Shown here in pieces: positions 8,026-16,973 of a stretch of 17,114 nucleotides of DNA. The notes below the pieces were generated by a model that saw only the letters and a program-made list of their open reading frames with translations, was not told the DNA's origin and did not search any database. Every line of letters begins with the position of its first letter. Positions within the stretch are counted from its first letter, which is position 1. The stretch is from Candidatus Bathyarchaeia archaeon (GTDB lineage Archaea > Thermoproteota > Bathyarchaeia > Bathyarchaeales > Bathycorpusculaceae), in NCBI GenBank assembly GCA_050010515.1, contig JBEKKX010000046.1, forward strand, positions 1 through 17,114. The letters are read 5' to 3'. A program made the translations under genes and the position numbers.

Positions 8026-8066
8026 CACGTGCGTAGCAATATTATTGGTGTGGGAAAAGAAAGTTT

Positions 8067-10151
8067 ATGAAATCCGACAAAAAACGGTTCGTCCCTGCTC
8101 TTCTTCTGTTAGCTTTAGTCACTATAATGGTTCTACCGGAATGCGCGATGGCCTTTTCTAACGTTCCGTTTCTCGGCTCTTCGGTTCCAAACGTTTCAAT
8201 GGTCTCAACGAACTCGCTGACAGCTACAAAAACAATAATCGTTCCTAACGACTACCCGTCCATAAACGACGCCATCGGAAATGCCTCGGCAGGCGACACA
8301 ATAGTGGTTCGAAGCGGAACCTATTTTGAAAACCCGATAATTGACAAACCATTGACGCTGCAAGGCGAAAACAGCGCGAACACTATAGTGGTGGGAACAG
8401 GCAACTCTTTAGGAGCCAGCGTTTTCACGATTGCGGCAGATAACGTGAAGATTTCAGGCTTCACCATCACAAGCGTCAACTATTCAGCCTCTGCCAACTA
8501 CGCTTACGGCGTTATGATTGAAGGAGACAACTGCATAATAACTGGCAACAACATAGTGAATACGTTGTCAGGAATCTTTTGTTCAGTCCAGTCCTCCACC
8601 TTAATCACCCAAAATAACATAACTGGGAATCACGCAGAACTTCTAAATGCGCACAACGACGGCATCGAATTCTACGGTGGCTTCAACAACACCATCTCAG
8701 AGAACAACATAACAAACAACACGGGTTCTGCCATCGCCATCATAGGCTATTCAGACAATATAACAGGGAACAACCTGTCGCAAAACACTATAGGCATAGG
8801 GATGAGTGCGACTTACTCAGTAATTTTCAGAAACAATATAATTGAAAACAGCAATTCAGGCATTTACCTCACAGGCTCCAACAACGCCATATCCGCGAAT
8901 TATATCGCTAACAACAAATACGGTATCTGTTCACTCTCGAGTTTTGGCTTATCCAGCAATAACACGATATTCCATAACGACTTCGTAAACAACCAGCAAA
9001 ATGCGTATTCGACCTCGCCTTACAACATCCAAATTTGGGATGAAGGCTATCCTCTGGGAGGAAATTACTGGAGCGATTACTCGATAGTTTGTCCTAACGC
9101 AACAGAGATTGCTAATTCTGGAATAATGAATTTGCCTTACACAATTTGCGCCAACAACACTGACAAATACCCGCTCATGGCGCTTTTTGACGCCTCAAAC
9201 GCCGTCACTCCAGCTGAAAAAACTCCACCAACTATCGGCTCCAACCATGTTGCTGGATCATGGAGTTTTGGCAGTGTTGAACCTAACGGTGTCACGCCCG
9301 ATGCGACAGGAAATAACCCAGCAATTTTGGGGAATGAGACTGGTACCTATTCAACTCTGGTGACTGCGTTAGGGGGTGAATGGTCTCCTGCTAAGTTAGT
9401 TGAAGGCAAGTTCGGCGAAGCTCTATACTTTAGTGGAGACTCATATGCGTACGTTCCAGCGTCGCCCAGCTTAACCATTCCAGCTGATATCACCATCGAT
9501 GCATGGATCAAAGTGAATCAATTCAAAGACGTGACTTACAACAATATTGTGATCGAATTCGTGAGTACGACCACAGAATATCCAATTACTGCAACTAGGA
9601 TTCTTGGACTTGCTATAAACGGCGTCGCGCCCAGCAACAGCACCTCCCCAACTTTGGGAGTTCTGCGCGGCTACGTAACAACCGACACGGGAGGCTTCAA
9701 CGAAATAGACACTACCCAACCACTTTCTCTAAATGAGTGGTATCACGTCGCGTTTACTCGCAGCACCCAAACAGGCATGCACATCTATGTTAACGGAGTA
9801 GAACAGAATGTGACAGTCTTCGCCGGAACTCAGAATCCCACTGGCTCAATAGAACCGACTACAGGCCTGTACTTTGGGCATGACTCAATAAGCACCTTAG
9901 AAGATGTCCAAATCCTTAACGTGGCCGCAGAACCAACAAGCACACCTATCTGGCTACAATGGTGGTTCTGGACCCCAGTAGCTGCCGCTTTCGCAGTATT
10001 AGTAGGAATGGTTTACTATGTGAGGAAGAATGGCATCAAACAAAACACCGCAATTTCAAGGTCTCCTCAAATGCTTAGCCCTGTACATTCGAGTTGGGAA
10101 TTAGGAAAAAACCTGTCAGCACCAAATAACGGACATAAAAATCAAAGCTAA
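8067..10151 (+). CDS. Cell-surface protein: NosD/CASH-type parallel beta-helix plus LamG/concanavalin-like domain and C-terminal TM anchor
   Basis: Signal peptide, then IIVPNDYPSINDAI...GDTIVVRSGTY.EN..IDKPLTL.GE, Asn-ladder repeats (I..NNI..N..GI) and GNYWSDY...DKYPL. The LamG-like part reads GKFGEALYFSG..TIDAWIK..WYHVAFT..IYVNG. The anchor is WWFWTPVAAAFAVLVGMVYYVRK. Confidence 0.88.
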   Translation: MKSDKKRFVPALLLLALVTIMVLPECAMAFSNVPFLGSSVPNVSMVSTNSLTATKTIIVPNDYPSINDAIGNASAGDTIVVRSGTYFENPIIDKPLTLQGENSANTIVVGTGNSLGASVFTIAADNVKISGFTITSVNYSASANYAYGVMIEGDNCIITGNNIVNTLSGIFCSVQSSTLITQNNITGNHAELLNAHNDGIEFYGGFNNTISENNITNNTGSAIAIIGYSDNITGNNLSQNTIGIGMSATYSVIFRNNIIENSNSGIYLTGSNNAISANYIANNKYGICSLSSFGLSSNNTIFHNDFVNNQQNAYSTSPYNIQIWDEGYPLGGNYWSDYSIVCPNATEIANSGIMNLPYTICANNTDKYPLMALFDASNAVTPAEKTPPTIGSNHVAGSWSFGSVEPNGVTPDATGNNPAILGNETGTYSTLVTALGGEWSPAKLVEGKFGEALYFSGDSYAYVPASPSLTIPADITIDAWIKVNQFKDVTYNNIVIEFVSTTTEYPITATRILGLAINGVAPSNSTSPTLGVLRGYVTTDTGGFNEIDTTQPLSLNEWYHVAFTRSTQTGMHIYVNGVEQNVTVFAGTQNPTGSIEPTTGLYFGHDSISTLEDVQILNVAAEPTSTPIWLQWWFWTPVAAAFAVLVGMVYYVRKNGIKQNTAISRSPQMLSPVHSSWELGKNLSAPNNGHKNQS

Positions 10152-10253
10152 AATTAATTTAGAAGACCAGTAGTTCAAATTTAACGGAAATCCAGCCTAC
10201 TGAAATCCAATTTTGGAAAAAATTTTTGATGGAAATTTTGTTTAAATTTTGTT

Positions 10254-10268
10254 GAAAAGCATTAAATA
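10254..10268 (+). promoter_or_regulatory. BRE/TATA promoter of the ECF operon
   Basis: GAAAAGC-ATTAAATA lies 34 nt upstream of TTG 10303, with an SD-like AGGGG before the start. Confidence 0.55.
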
Positions 10269-10302
10269 CTGATACCGCTGACTAAGAGGAAAGGGGATTC
10301 AT

Positions 10303-11007
10303 TTGAGTGAGGGAGGAAAGGCAACATCTAATACGGAAAGTAAGTATCCTTGGAGCAACTACACTTTAAAATTGGGCAGGGGAGAACCCGTTTCTACAAC
10401 GCAGTATGTGCTATATGCGGTGCAGATCGCGGCAATAATAGTTTTGTCATACTTAAGCGTCTCTTTGCTTGGTCCATTAAGCTACTCAGGCGTCTCATTG
10501 TTCTACTTTGTGTACCCCTTCTTCTTAGTGTTCACAATGTGGTGGGGAATCTGGGGTATAGCGTCTGCGTATATCGGCTGTGTACTCGGAGCAGGATTGA
10601 TGGTCGGTTTAGGCGTAGTTCCATCGTTAGCATACTCGATAAGCGACTTCATACCGCCGCTAATCGCATTCATAATTTACCGCGGGCTACTATCGAAACA
10701 AGGCTTTGACCCATTATGGAGAGACTTAACCGACAAAGAAGTTGGCGGCGTCAAAACAAAGAGAATAGGTGCATGGTTCTGGTTTATACTTATAAACGGA
10801 CTCATACTTAACGCAATCAGTGCAGAGCTAGGCATTGGAATACAATACCAATTGGGACTGATTCCAGGCAACGCATATTGGGTCTGGTGGGCAGGATGGT
10901 TCGTAGGCGATTTGCTGGCAATGGTGATAATAACTCCGGTGCTTGTCAAGGGACTTACAAACCTTGTCGAAAGGCAAGGACTAGTCAATCACGGCTGGAT
11001 AACTTGA
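10303..11007 (+). CDS. Putative ECF transporter substrate-binding (S) component
   Basis: About 6 TM helices and first gene of an S-T-AA' operon. GIASAYIGCVLG and WFVGDLLAMVIITPVL recall QueT/MASE1-type membrane domains. Substrate unknown. Confidence 0.7.
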   Translation: MSEGGKATSNTESKYPWSNYTLKLGRGEPVSTTQYVLYAVQIAAIIVLSYLSVSLLGPLSYSGVSLFYFVYPFFLVFTMWWGIWGIASAYIGCVLGAGLMVGLGVVPSLAYSISDFIPPLIAFIIYRGLLSKQGFDPLWRDLTDKEVGGVKTKRIGAWFWFILINGLILNAISAELGIGIQYQLGLIPGNAYWVWWAGWFVGDLLAMVIITPVLVKGLTNLVERQGLVNHGWIT

Positions 11008-11046
11008 GAACAACTCTTCCTTAACTGAACAATTTAAAGGGGAAAG

Positions 11047-12111
11047 TTGTTGGCAAGCCCAGACGAGGAAGCACGTGCTTCCAAGAAGTACGTGTGCACC
11101 TTTATTTTTTCTATGCGAACAGGAACCCCAATTGAAAAGCTACATGTTATAACAAAATTCTTAATGATTGCAGTCATGTCCGTGCTGGCTCTTTACATGT
11201 TTGATATCCCGGTCTCAAAAGGCGGTCCGGACATCGTTGGATTGATCCTCTTGTTAATTCTTGTATTTACCCTCTTGATAATCTCAAGGACCGCAAAGCA
11301 TTTAGTAAACTCGTACTTAGTATTGGCGTTGCCAGTGCTTTTCGGTGAATTCTTCTGGTGGCTCTTCTTTAACGGTTCACTACCCGGGGCGAGAGTGATT
11401 TTTTATCTGTGGCCAGGATTTTTGCCAATAGGAATATCAACAATAGTTCTTGTAGGCGTTTTTAGCCTCGTATATTATAAGACACGAAACATTGGCCTGT
11501 CCCTTGTGCCCGCATTACTGCTATGGTGGTTCACTATCATGCCCAGCGCTCTTAGTTTCTCGCAAACGGCAACATGGGTCAGAATTCCCATCGGGGCAAA
11601 TTACGCTTTTTCGCTTCCTGAATGGTCAACCATGGTTGCGTTATCGAAAGCGCTTGGATATGGAGTGCTAATTTACACATCATTTCTTTTTCTTTTAACA
11701 ACAAGAGACGTAGAGATTGCTGGAGCCCTCAGACAACTGCGTCTTTCATTTCGGAAGGCATTTTTCGTTGCATTGATGTTCAGAAATCTAAACACAATAC
11801 TACTTGACTATCAGGACATCAAAATTGCCCAAACTGCGCGTGCCGCCAATGTAGTCAGGAAAAGCATTTTTTCGAAGATAATAGACCTCGCCTATGTATC
11901 TATTCCGTTGGTTGCAACCATGATAAGGCGGTCTACAGAGATGGGTGTAGCGCTCTACGCTAGGGGTTTTGAAGCATCAAAAGGCATGACGGATTATAAA
12001 GAGACAAAACGACTAAGCGTCGTGGACTTCACGATATTGGCGATATTAGCAGCCTTCTTAATATACGAGGTTATCCTTGGACACTCCATCACTTCCTTGT
12101 TCATGAGGTAA
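11047..12111 (+). CDS. ecfT: ECF transporter transmembrane (T) component, extended
   Basis: N-terminal KLH..TK and LLTT...EI..AL..LRL. Coupling-helix motifs AQTARA and IPL....IRRS..M..ALYARGF. Confidence 0.9.
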   Translation: MLASPDEEARASKKYVCTFIFSMRTGTPIEKLHVITKFLMIAVMSVLALYMFDIPVSKGGPDIVGLILLLILVFTLLIISRTAKHLVNSYLVLALPVLFGEFFWWLFFNGSLPGARVIFYLWPGFLPIGISTIVLVGVFSLVYYKTRNIGLSLVPALLLWWFTIMPSALSFSQTATWVRIPIGANYAFSLPEWSTMVALSKALGYGVLIYTSFLFLLTTRDVEIAGALRQLRLSFRKAFFVALMFRNLNTILLDYQDIKIAQTARAANVVRKSIFSKIIDLAYVSIPLVATMIRRSTEMGVALYARGFEASKGMTDYKETKRLSVVDFTILAILAAFLIYEVILGHSITSLFMR

Positions 12112-12116
12112 AAGAA

Positions 12117-13907
12117 ATGTCGGTATTGGAAGTCAACGATTTCTGGTGGAAATACCGATCTTACGTAGGAGTAGAGAACCCCTACACGCTAAAAGGTTTA
12201 TCCTTCACCGTAAATAAAGGAGAATTCTTCGGAATCATCGGACCCAGCGGAGCAGGCAAGACTACACTTTGCTACGCTTTGACTGGAGTAATACCTCACG
12301 TTTTCACAGTTCCATACGGCAAAGAAAGAGAGCACATAAAAGGTGAAATAAAACTATTCGGGCAAACACTAACTAAAGTCGAAGCTGCGACCGATGAGAA
12401 GACAGGCAAAGTCGTTGATAAAATTATCGGCATGAAACAAACAGCGCCAAGGGTTGGACTGCTGCTTCAAGATCCTGAGAATCAGTTTTTAAGAATGGAC
12501 CTTCTGCATGAAATTAGCTTCGGAATGGAGCTTTTAGGGCTATCTGGGAGCGAAATTGAGAGAAGAGCTAAAGAAGCGCTTGAAATAGTCGGGCTGGGCT
12601 CGCTGTGGCCAATCGCGGATCTCGTTCACCCAAGTGAATTGTCTGGTGGGCAAAAGCAGAGGGCTGCAATTGCTTCCTTCATTGCGCTGAGACCTGAACT
12701 GTTGGTCTTGGATGAACCCATGTCTAACCTGGACCCCGAAGGGAAGCTTAGCATAATACAGGCTATTGACAGCATAAGAAACGAATTTGACATAACAATA
12801 ATTGTTGTCGAGCACAACCCTGAGGTAATACAAAAATACGCCGACAAGGTGCTTGCCATAAACAATGGGCAAACGATTGCGTATGGAACCACAGAACAGG
12901 TTTATTCTCAGTGGAAACTGTTTGATGAAAATGGACTCTACTCCTCAGACATAGCGAGGATCGGGTGGCAAGCAGGTCTAAGTTACAATGGAAGGGTTCC
13001 CTTTACTGTCGATGAAATGCTTGAAGCATTCGATGGCAGAAACCAAAAGTCTCTAGCGCCGAACCTTGAAGATGACCCAATAGACCAATCGGCTCAGGAA
13101 ATAATAAGCGTTAAAGACCTCAACTTTTCGTATGAAGATGGAACACGTGCCCTAAGAGGAGTAACTTTCGCCATAAAACAAGGAGAATACGTAGGGCTCA
13201 TAGGGCAAAACGGGGCAGGCAAATCGACCATATCCAAGATAATCAGCGGCTTGTATAAGAAGTTCCAGGGCGAAGCAAAAGTAATGGGAATGGACCTACG
13301 AGACAAGAAAGTGATTCAGAAAATACCCTGCTACGTTGGATACGTATTTCAGAACCCTGACAACCAGATTTTCATGAGAAAAGTCTACGACGAAGTAGCT
13401 TACGGCCTGAAAAACCTAAAGACGCCACAGCAAGAAATAGACCAAAGAGTCAAGGAAGCGTTAAAGAGCGTTGGTTTACTCTCAAAAATTGATGAGGACC
13501 CAATGTTTTTGGGAAAAGGCGAAAAAAGAAGACTAACTGTAGCTTCTATTCTTGCCATGAACCCGAAAATAATGATAGTTGACGAGCCAACAACAGGTCA
13601 AGACTTCAGAATGTCCGAAGACATAATGAACCTGCTTGAAGAACTAAACAAGGCTGGCACCACAATCTTAGCTATCACTCACGACATGACACTGGTCTCC
13701 GAACACACGAAAAGAGTCATAGTAATGCACAACGGAGCCGTAACCTACGATGGATCCACAAGAGGCTTCTTCTCAAATGCAAAATTACTCGACGAAGCCG
13801 GCATAATCCCCCCCATGGCAGTCAGACTAAGCCATGAATACAAGAAAAAAAACCCCTCTTCCCCATGCCTAATGAACGCAAAAGAGTGGGTCGCAGCATT
13901 AAAGTAA
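12117..13907 (+). CDS. ecfA: ECF transporter ATPase with two fused ABC domains
   Basis: Domain 1: GPSGAGKT, LQDPENQF, LSGGQKQR, LDEP, VEH. Domain 2: GQNGAGKS, FQNPDNQI, LGKGEKRR, VDEPT, ITHD. Confidence 0.95.
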   Translation: MSVLEVNDFWWKYRSYVGVENPYTLKGLSFTVNKGEFFGIIGPSGAGKTTLCYALTGVIPHVFTVPYGKEREHIKGEIKLFGQTLTKVEAATDEKTGKVVDKIIGMKQTAPRVGLLLQDPENQFLRMDLLHEISFGMELLGLSGSEIERRAKEALEIVGLGSLWPIADLVHPSELSGGQKQRAAIASFIALRPELLVLDEPMSNLDPEGKLSIIQAIDSIRNEFDITIIVVEHNPEVIQKYADKVLAINNGQTIAYGTTEQVYSQWKLFDENGLYSSDIARIGWQAGLSYNGRVPFTVDEMLEAFDGRNQKSLAPNLEDDPIDQSAQEIISVKDLNFSYEDGTRALRGVTFAIKQGEYVGLIGQNGAGKSTISKIISGLYKKFQGEAKVMGMDLRDKKVIQKIPCYVGYVFQNPDNQIFMRKVYDEVAYGLKNLKTPQQEIDQRVKEALKSVGLLSKIDEDPMFLGKGEKRRLTVASILAMNPKIMIVDEPTTGQDFRMSEDIMNLLEELNKAGTTILAITHDMTLVSEHTKRVIVMHNGAVTYDGSTRGFFSNAKLLDEAGIIPPMAVRLSHEYKKKNPSSPCLMNAKEWVAALK

Positions 13908-14143
13908 ACTTCCAGAAATATTACTTATTTGCAGATTGGAACCTGTCATAAATCGTTATTCGCGATTTCGAATCGATTCCACGGTTCTCTGAGACACGAT
14001 GTTTACCCTTGTCATCAAGAACGACTAAGTTGCCATATTCAAGGTTATTAAAACCTAATTTAGCTAAGAACAAATTTGCTAAAGAGTTTTAATTGCATTT
14101 ACTTCGTCGCTAATTAGAACCAAGAACACACAACAGCCTATGC

Positions 14144-15040
14144 TTAGCGCTTACGATTCTTGAGGTAGATCAGAGAACCACTGATGACAACAGCTGCTGA
14201 GGCTACTAAAACTGTGACTAATGCTGTCGGGAAGGGTTCTGGCGACTGAGAAGCTACTGATGTCACGTTAGTCACGGCAAAGTTGACCGTTTGACTGGCG
14301 CCAATGTTTCCAGTATCATTCCAGACATAGACCGTCAGAGTATGTGCTCCGACAGATAATCCTGTTAGTGTAGTATTTCCAGCAATCGTGACGTTACTTT
14401 CCCCGTCCAAGCTGTATGCGGCTGTGATGATGTTTTGGTTAACGGTAAAATTCAATGGAACATCTTGTGTAGTGTATGTTTCGTTTTCTATTGACAGGTT
14501 CGTTATGGTTGGCGGAGTCGAAGTTTGCGGTGGCGGCGTTGAGTTTTGCGTTACAGCGCCCGTGCTTATGGAGAAATCGACTGCATCAACCCAAGCAGCA
14601 TAATAATCTGCGCTGCCAGGAGCTGTTGGTTTGAAGGGTGCGCCTGGAGGGTTTGCGCCATGGTAATCGTTGAGGTTGGCTTCTTCATAAATTGTTAAGC
14701 AGTGTGAGCCATCAGGTAATTCGGGTAACTGCACAGTTCCAGTCGCTGGGCAAATGAGTTCGCCGAACACGGGGTCATTAAGCACCAAAGGTATAGGACC
14801 ACCATAGTTTCCATCAATGCTATAATTCAACGAACATTGCAATCCTTCTCCCCAACCGAAATTAACATTCAACGTTAGAAAATTGGAATCATAGGTTGTA
14901 TTAACAGGGGACAAAATTGTAACTCCACCAGAGAAAGAAACTGAATTATTGGAATCCGCCTTAACAACGTGAACGCCCATTGCAAGCGAAACGAGCAGCA
15001 CGGAAATAACGAGGGCCACCAAAGCCGTTTTCAGATTCAT
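14144..15040 (-). CDS. Cell-surface glycoprotein with two Ig/FnIII-like repeats and a PEPFPT-TM-basic C-terminal anchor
   Basis: Signal peptide (..VHVVKA). Two related units I.S..N.TY....L....YS(I/L)DG....L..L..G.H.LT(I/V)Y. Eleven N-X-S/T sequons. C-terminus PEPFPTALVTVLVASAAVVISGSLIYLKNRKR. Confidence 0.85.
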   Translation of the reverse strand: MNLKTALVALVISVLLVSLAMGVHVVKADSNNSVSFSGGVTILSPVNTTYDSNFLTLNVNFGWGEGLQCSLNYSIDGNYGGPIPLVLNDPVFGELICPATGTVQLPELPDGSHCLTIYEEANLNDYHGANPPGAPFKPTAPGSADYYAAWVDAVDFSISTGAVTQNSTPPPQTSTPPTITNLSIENETYTTQDVPLNFTVNQNIITAAYSLDGESNVTIAGNTTLTGLSVGAHTLTVYVWNDTGNIGASQTVNFAVTNVTSVASQSPEPFPTALVTVLVASAAVVISGSLIYLKNRKR

Positions 15041-15091
15041 GTTTCATCCAAGCCTCCATTGTTAAGCGCTACTTACATCTAATACCAAGCG

Positions 15092-15136
15092 GCATATTAC
15101 TCTCCTTATGGAACAGTCTGTTCCACAACTGGAACA
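15092..15136 (-). promoter_or_regulatory. Conserved operator-promoter element, copy 3
   Basis: The minus strand reads TGTTC-CAGTTGTG-GAACA-GAC-TGTTC-CATAAG-GAGAG-TAATATGC. It is 37/45 identical to copy 1 and oriented toward the 15040 start. Confidence 0.85.
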
Positions 15137-15266
15137 CTTCAGCTTAAGCTTTGACTGCAGCTTCGGCGATGAAAATTATGTCCTAAAACTAAAACGCACC
15201 GAATTTTGCGGCTAATTCCTTTGATAGACATTCTACGGGATTTGAATGCCGCTAATCACGCATATT

Positions 15267-15299
15267 ATTTGTCCAGATATATTTGAACAAATTATAAAT
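15267..15299 (+). promoter_or_regulatory. 26-bp palindromic operator abutting a TATA box
   Basis: ATTTGTCCAGATATATTTGAACAAAT has 11 of 13 pairs complementary and runs into TTATAAAT (15292-15299). Confidence 0.6.
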
Positions 15300-15378
15300 A
15301 TTCCGATTATGTATGGTTGATTGGATTTGTGGCTCAAAGTGCCAATAGGGTAACATATGCTTAAAGTGAGATGATTAG

Positions 15379-16011
15379 TTGAAAATTATAGTTTTTGGAG
15401 CAAGCGGCAACACAGGCAAACAACTCGTTGAGCAGGCACTGGCAGCAGGATATGAAGTTGTCGCCTATGCACGTAACCCCTCCAAGCTCAACATTAGCAA
15501 TGAGCATCTAACGGTTATTCAGGGCGAGTTGTCTGACGCAGCGCTAATTGAAACTGCCGTAAAAGGCACGGGTGCGGTTCTTAGCGCGTTGGGTCCACGG
15601 GGAGGCTCAAAAAACAAGCCACTTACACAGGGAATGCAGAACATTATTGCAGCCATGAAGAACCAAGGCGTGCGCAGACTAATCATGACATCGACGTTGA
15701 GCGCCAAAGACTCAAAGGACAAACCAGACTTCAGAACCAAAGCCATGGTGAATATTGTAAAAACCACCATGCACGCGGCCTACGAAGACATCGTCAGCGT
15801 CGCCGAAACCGTTCGTTCGTCAGACCTTGATTGGACAATTGTGCGGTTGGCAATTCTAAATAATAAGCCGAAATCTGGAAAAGTCAAAGTGGGCTATGTA
15901 GGCTCAGGAGAAGTTGGAACACAGATTAGTCGTGCAGACATTGCGGACTTTATGCTCAAGCAAATAGAAGACACGAAATATCTGCGAGAAGCACCTGCAA
16001 TAAGCAACTAA
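15379..16011 (+). CDS. NAD(P)H-binding atypical SDR, flavin reductase/biliverdin reductase B-like
   Basis: Motifs IIVFGASGNTGK, AYARNPSKL, QGEL.D, SDLDWTIVR and ISRADIADFML. Confidence 0.92.
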   Translation: MKIIVFGASGNTGKQLVEQALAAGYEVVAYARNPSKLNISNEHLTVIQGELSDAALIETAVKGTGAVLSALGPRGGSKNKPLTQGMQNIIAAMKNQGVRRLIMTSTLSAKDSKDKPDFRTKAMVNIVKTTMHAAYEDIVSVAETVRSSDLDWTIVRLAILNNKPKSGKVKVGYVGSGEVGTQISRADIADFMLKQIEDTKYLREAPAISN

Positions 16012-16043
16012 TGCATGAATATAAATGGAGAAGAGGTGGAAAA

Positions 16044-16373
16044 ATGGTTTTTGAAAAAGTCGCTGAAACCCAAGAGATATCTCCTGGGCAAATGAAAGCA
16101 GTCAAATTTGGAGCAGAAGAAGTTTTGCTTGCAAACCTAAATGGCGTATACTACGCTATCGGAAACGTATGCACTCATGAAGGCGGAAACCTTTCAAAGG
16201 GAACATTGCAGGGAAACATTGTATCTTGCCCCAAGCACAAAGCACAATTCGACGTAACAACAGGCAAAGTAGTTTCTCCTCCAAAAGTGCTCTTCATGCA
16301 TCCTAAAATCAACAACGAACCCACTTACGCAGTCAAAGTTGAGGGAACAGCCATTCTGCTTGAACACAAGTAG
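16044..16373 (+). CDS. Rieske [2Fe-2S] ferredoxin (small, soluble)
   Basis: Ligand motifs CTH...CPKH and FDVTTGKV..PP. ATG 16044 is preceded by SD GAGGTG; the ORF track starts at 16011. Confidence 0.92.
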   Translation: MVFEKVAETQEISPGQMKAVKFGAEEVLLANLNGVYYAIGNVCTHEGGNLSKGTLQGNIVSCPKHKAQFDVTTGKVVSPPKVLFMHPKINNEPTYAVKVEGTAILLEHK

Positions 16374-16541
16374 CACCGATGTTTTCATGTACCAAAAGCC
16401 TAATTTAGCGACTATAGATAAGTTAGCTCTCTCTAAAAAATTTTCAAGAAGACTTGTTTGGGTTTGAGTTTAAAATTATATATAATGGTTGTTACAGTCT
16501 CTTGAAAGTATTAGTTAGCGTTAATTTGGGGGAGAAATAGG

Positions 16542-16973
16542 GTGGATGAAGTATTAGACTTGCTAGATAAAACTGCAAAGCGTATACAGAAAGCTGCTGA
16601 TGAAACAAAAGAGGCAGCTTGGAAACAATCAGCCGTTTACGACCAAATCATGCAGTCACCTGAAGCGTCGCAAGAGCAAAAAATCAAGGCTTTTATTCGG
16701 AAAACTCGTTATTTAGACCAGCTAGAAGCCTTAAACTCCCAGCTTAGTTTGCTCTATACCCTTCAGATATTTGCGTTTAAAGTTAAAGTGCTTGAGGTAA
16801 CGGTTGGCAACATCAACGAGCAACTCATAAAGTCCGGTGTTCTTCTAAAGAGCGCAGAGTTAGAGAACATAAAAAAGAATATCGATGCCCTAAAAATCCT
16901 AATTGAAGCGCAGTATGAATCGATGAAGGAAATCCGGGAAACAGAAAACAAAACCTTAGACTATATTCATTAG
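16542..16973 (+). CDS. Hypothetical alpha-helical/coiled-coil protein
   Basis: 143-aa ORF with SD-like GGGGGAG and an upstream TATA-like TTATATAT (16476-16483). The sequence is rich in L/I/E/K/Q with a heptad-like pattern. No family recognised. Confidence 0.75.
   Translation: MDEVLDLLDKTAKRIQKAADETKEAAWKQSAVYDQIMQSPEASQEQKIKAFIRKTRYLDQLEALNSQLSLLYTLQIFAFKVKVLEVTVGNINEQLIKSGVLLKSAELENIKKNIDALKILIEAQYESMKEIRETENKTLDYIH

Noticed and set aside
7791-8161. Short ORFs 7791-7976, 7843-8028 and 7922-8161
   Set aside because: No recognisable motifs; they overlap each other, and two run through the conserved promoter element.
10152-10302. Riboswitch upstream of the ECF transporter
   Set aside because: The region is AT-rich with no stable stems, and the putative TATA leaves a leader of only about 10 nt.
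13908-14143. Short inverted repeats between the convergent ecfA and surface-protein genes (AAATCG..CGATTT, TTTAGC..GCTAAA)
   Set aside because: The 6-bp arms are too weak to call a terminator or ncRNA.
6127-15136. Repeated 45-bp element as a CRISPR repeat or MITE
   Set aside because: Copies are kilobases apart, always promoter-positioned, and conserved only in boxes. There are no spacers, cas genes, terminal repeats or target-site duplications.
803-16951. Remaining short antisense or overlapping ORFs in the track (e.g. 803-1102, 1190-1477, 10350-10709, 12540-12872, 14388-14603)
   Set aside because: Shadow frames of well-supported genes, without protein-like features.
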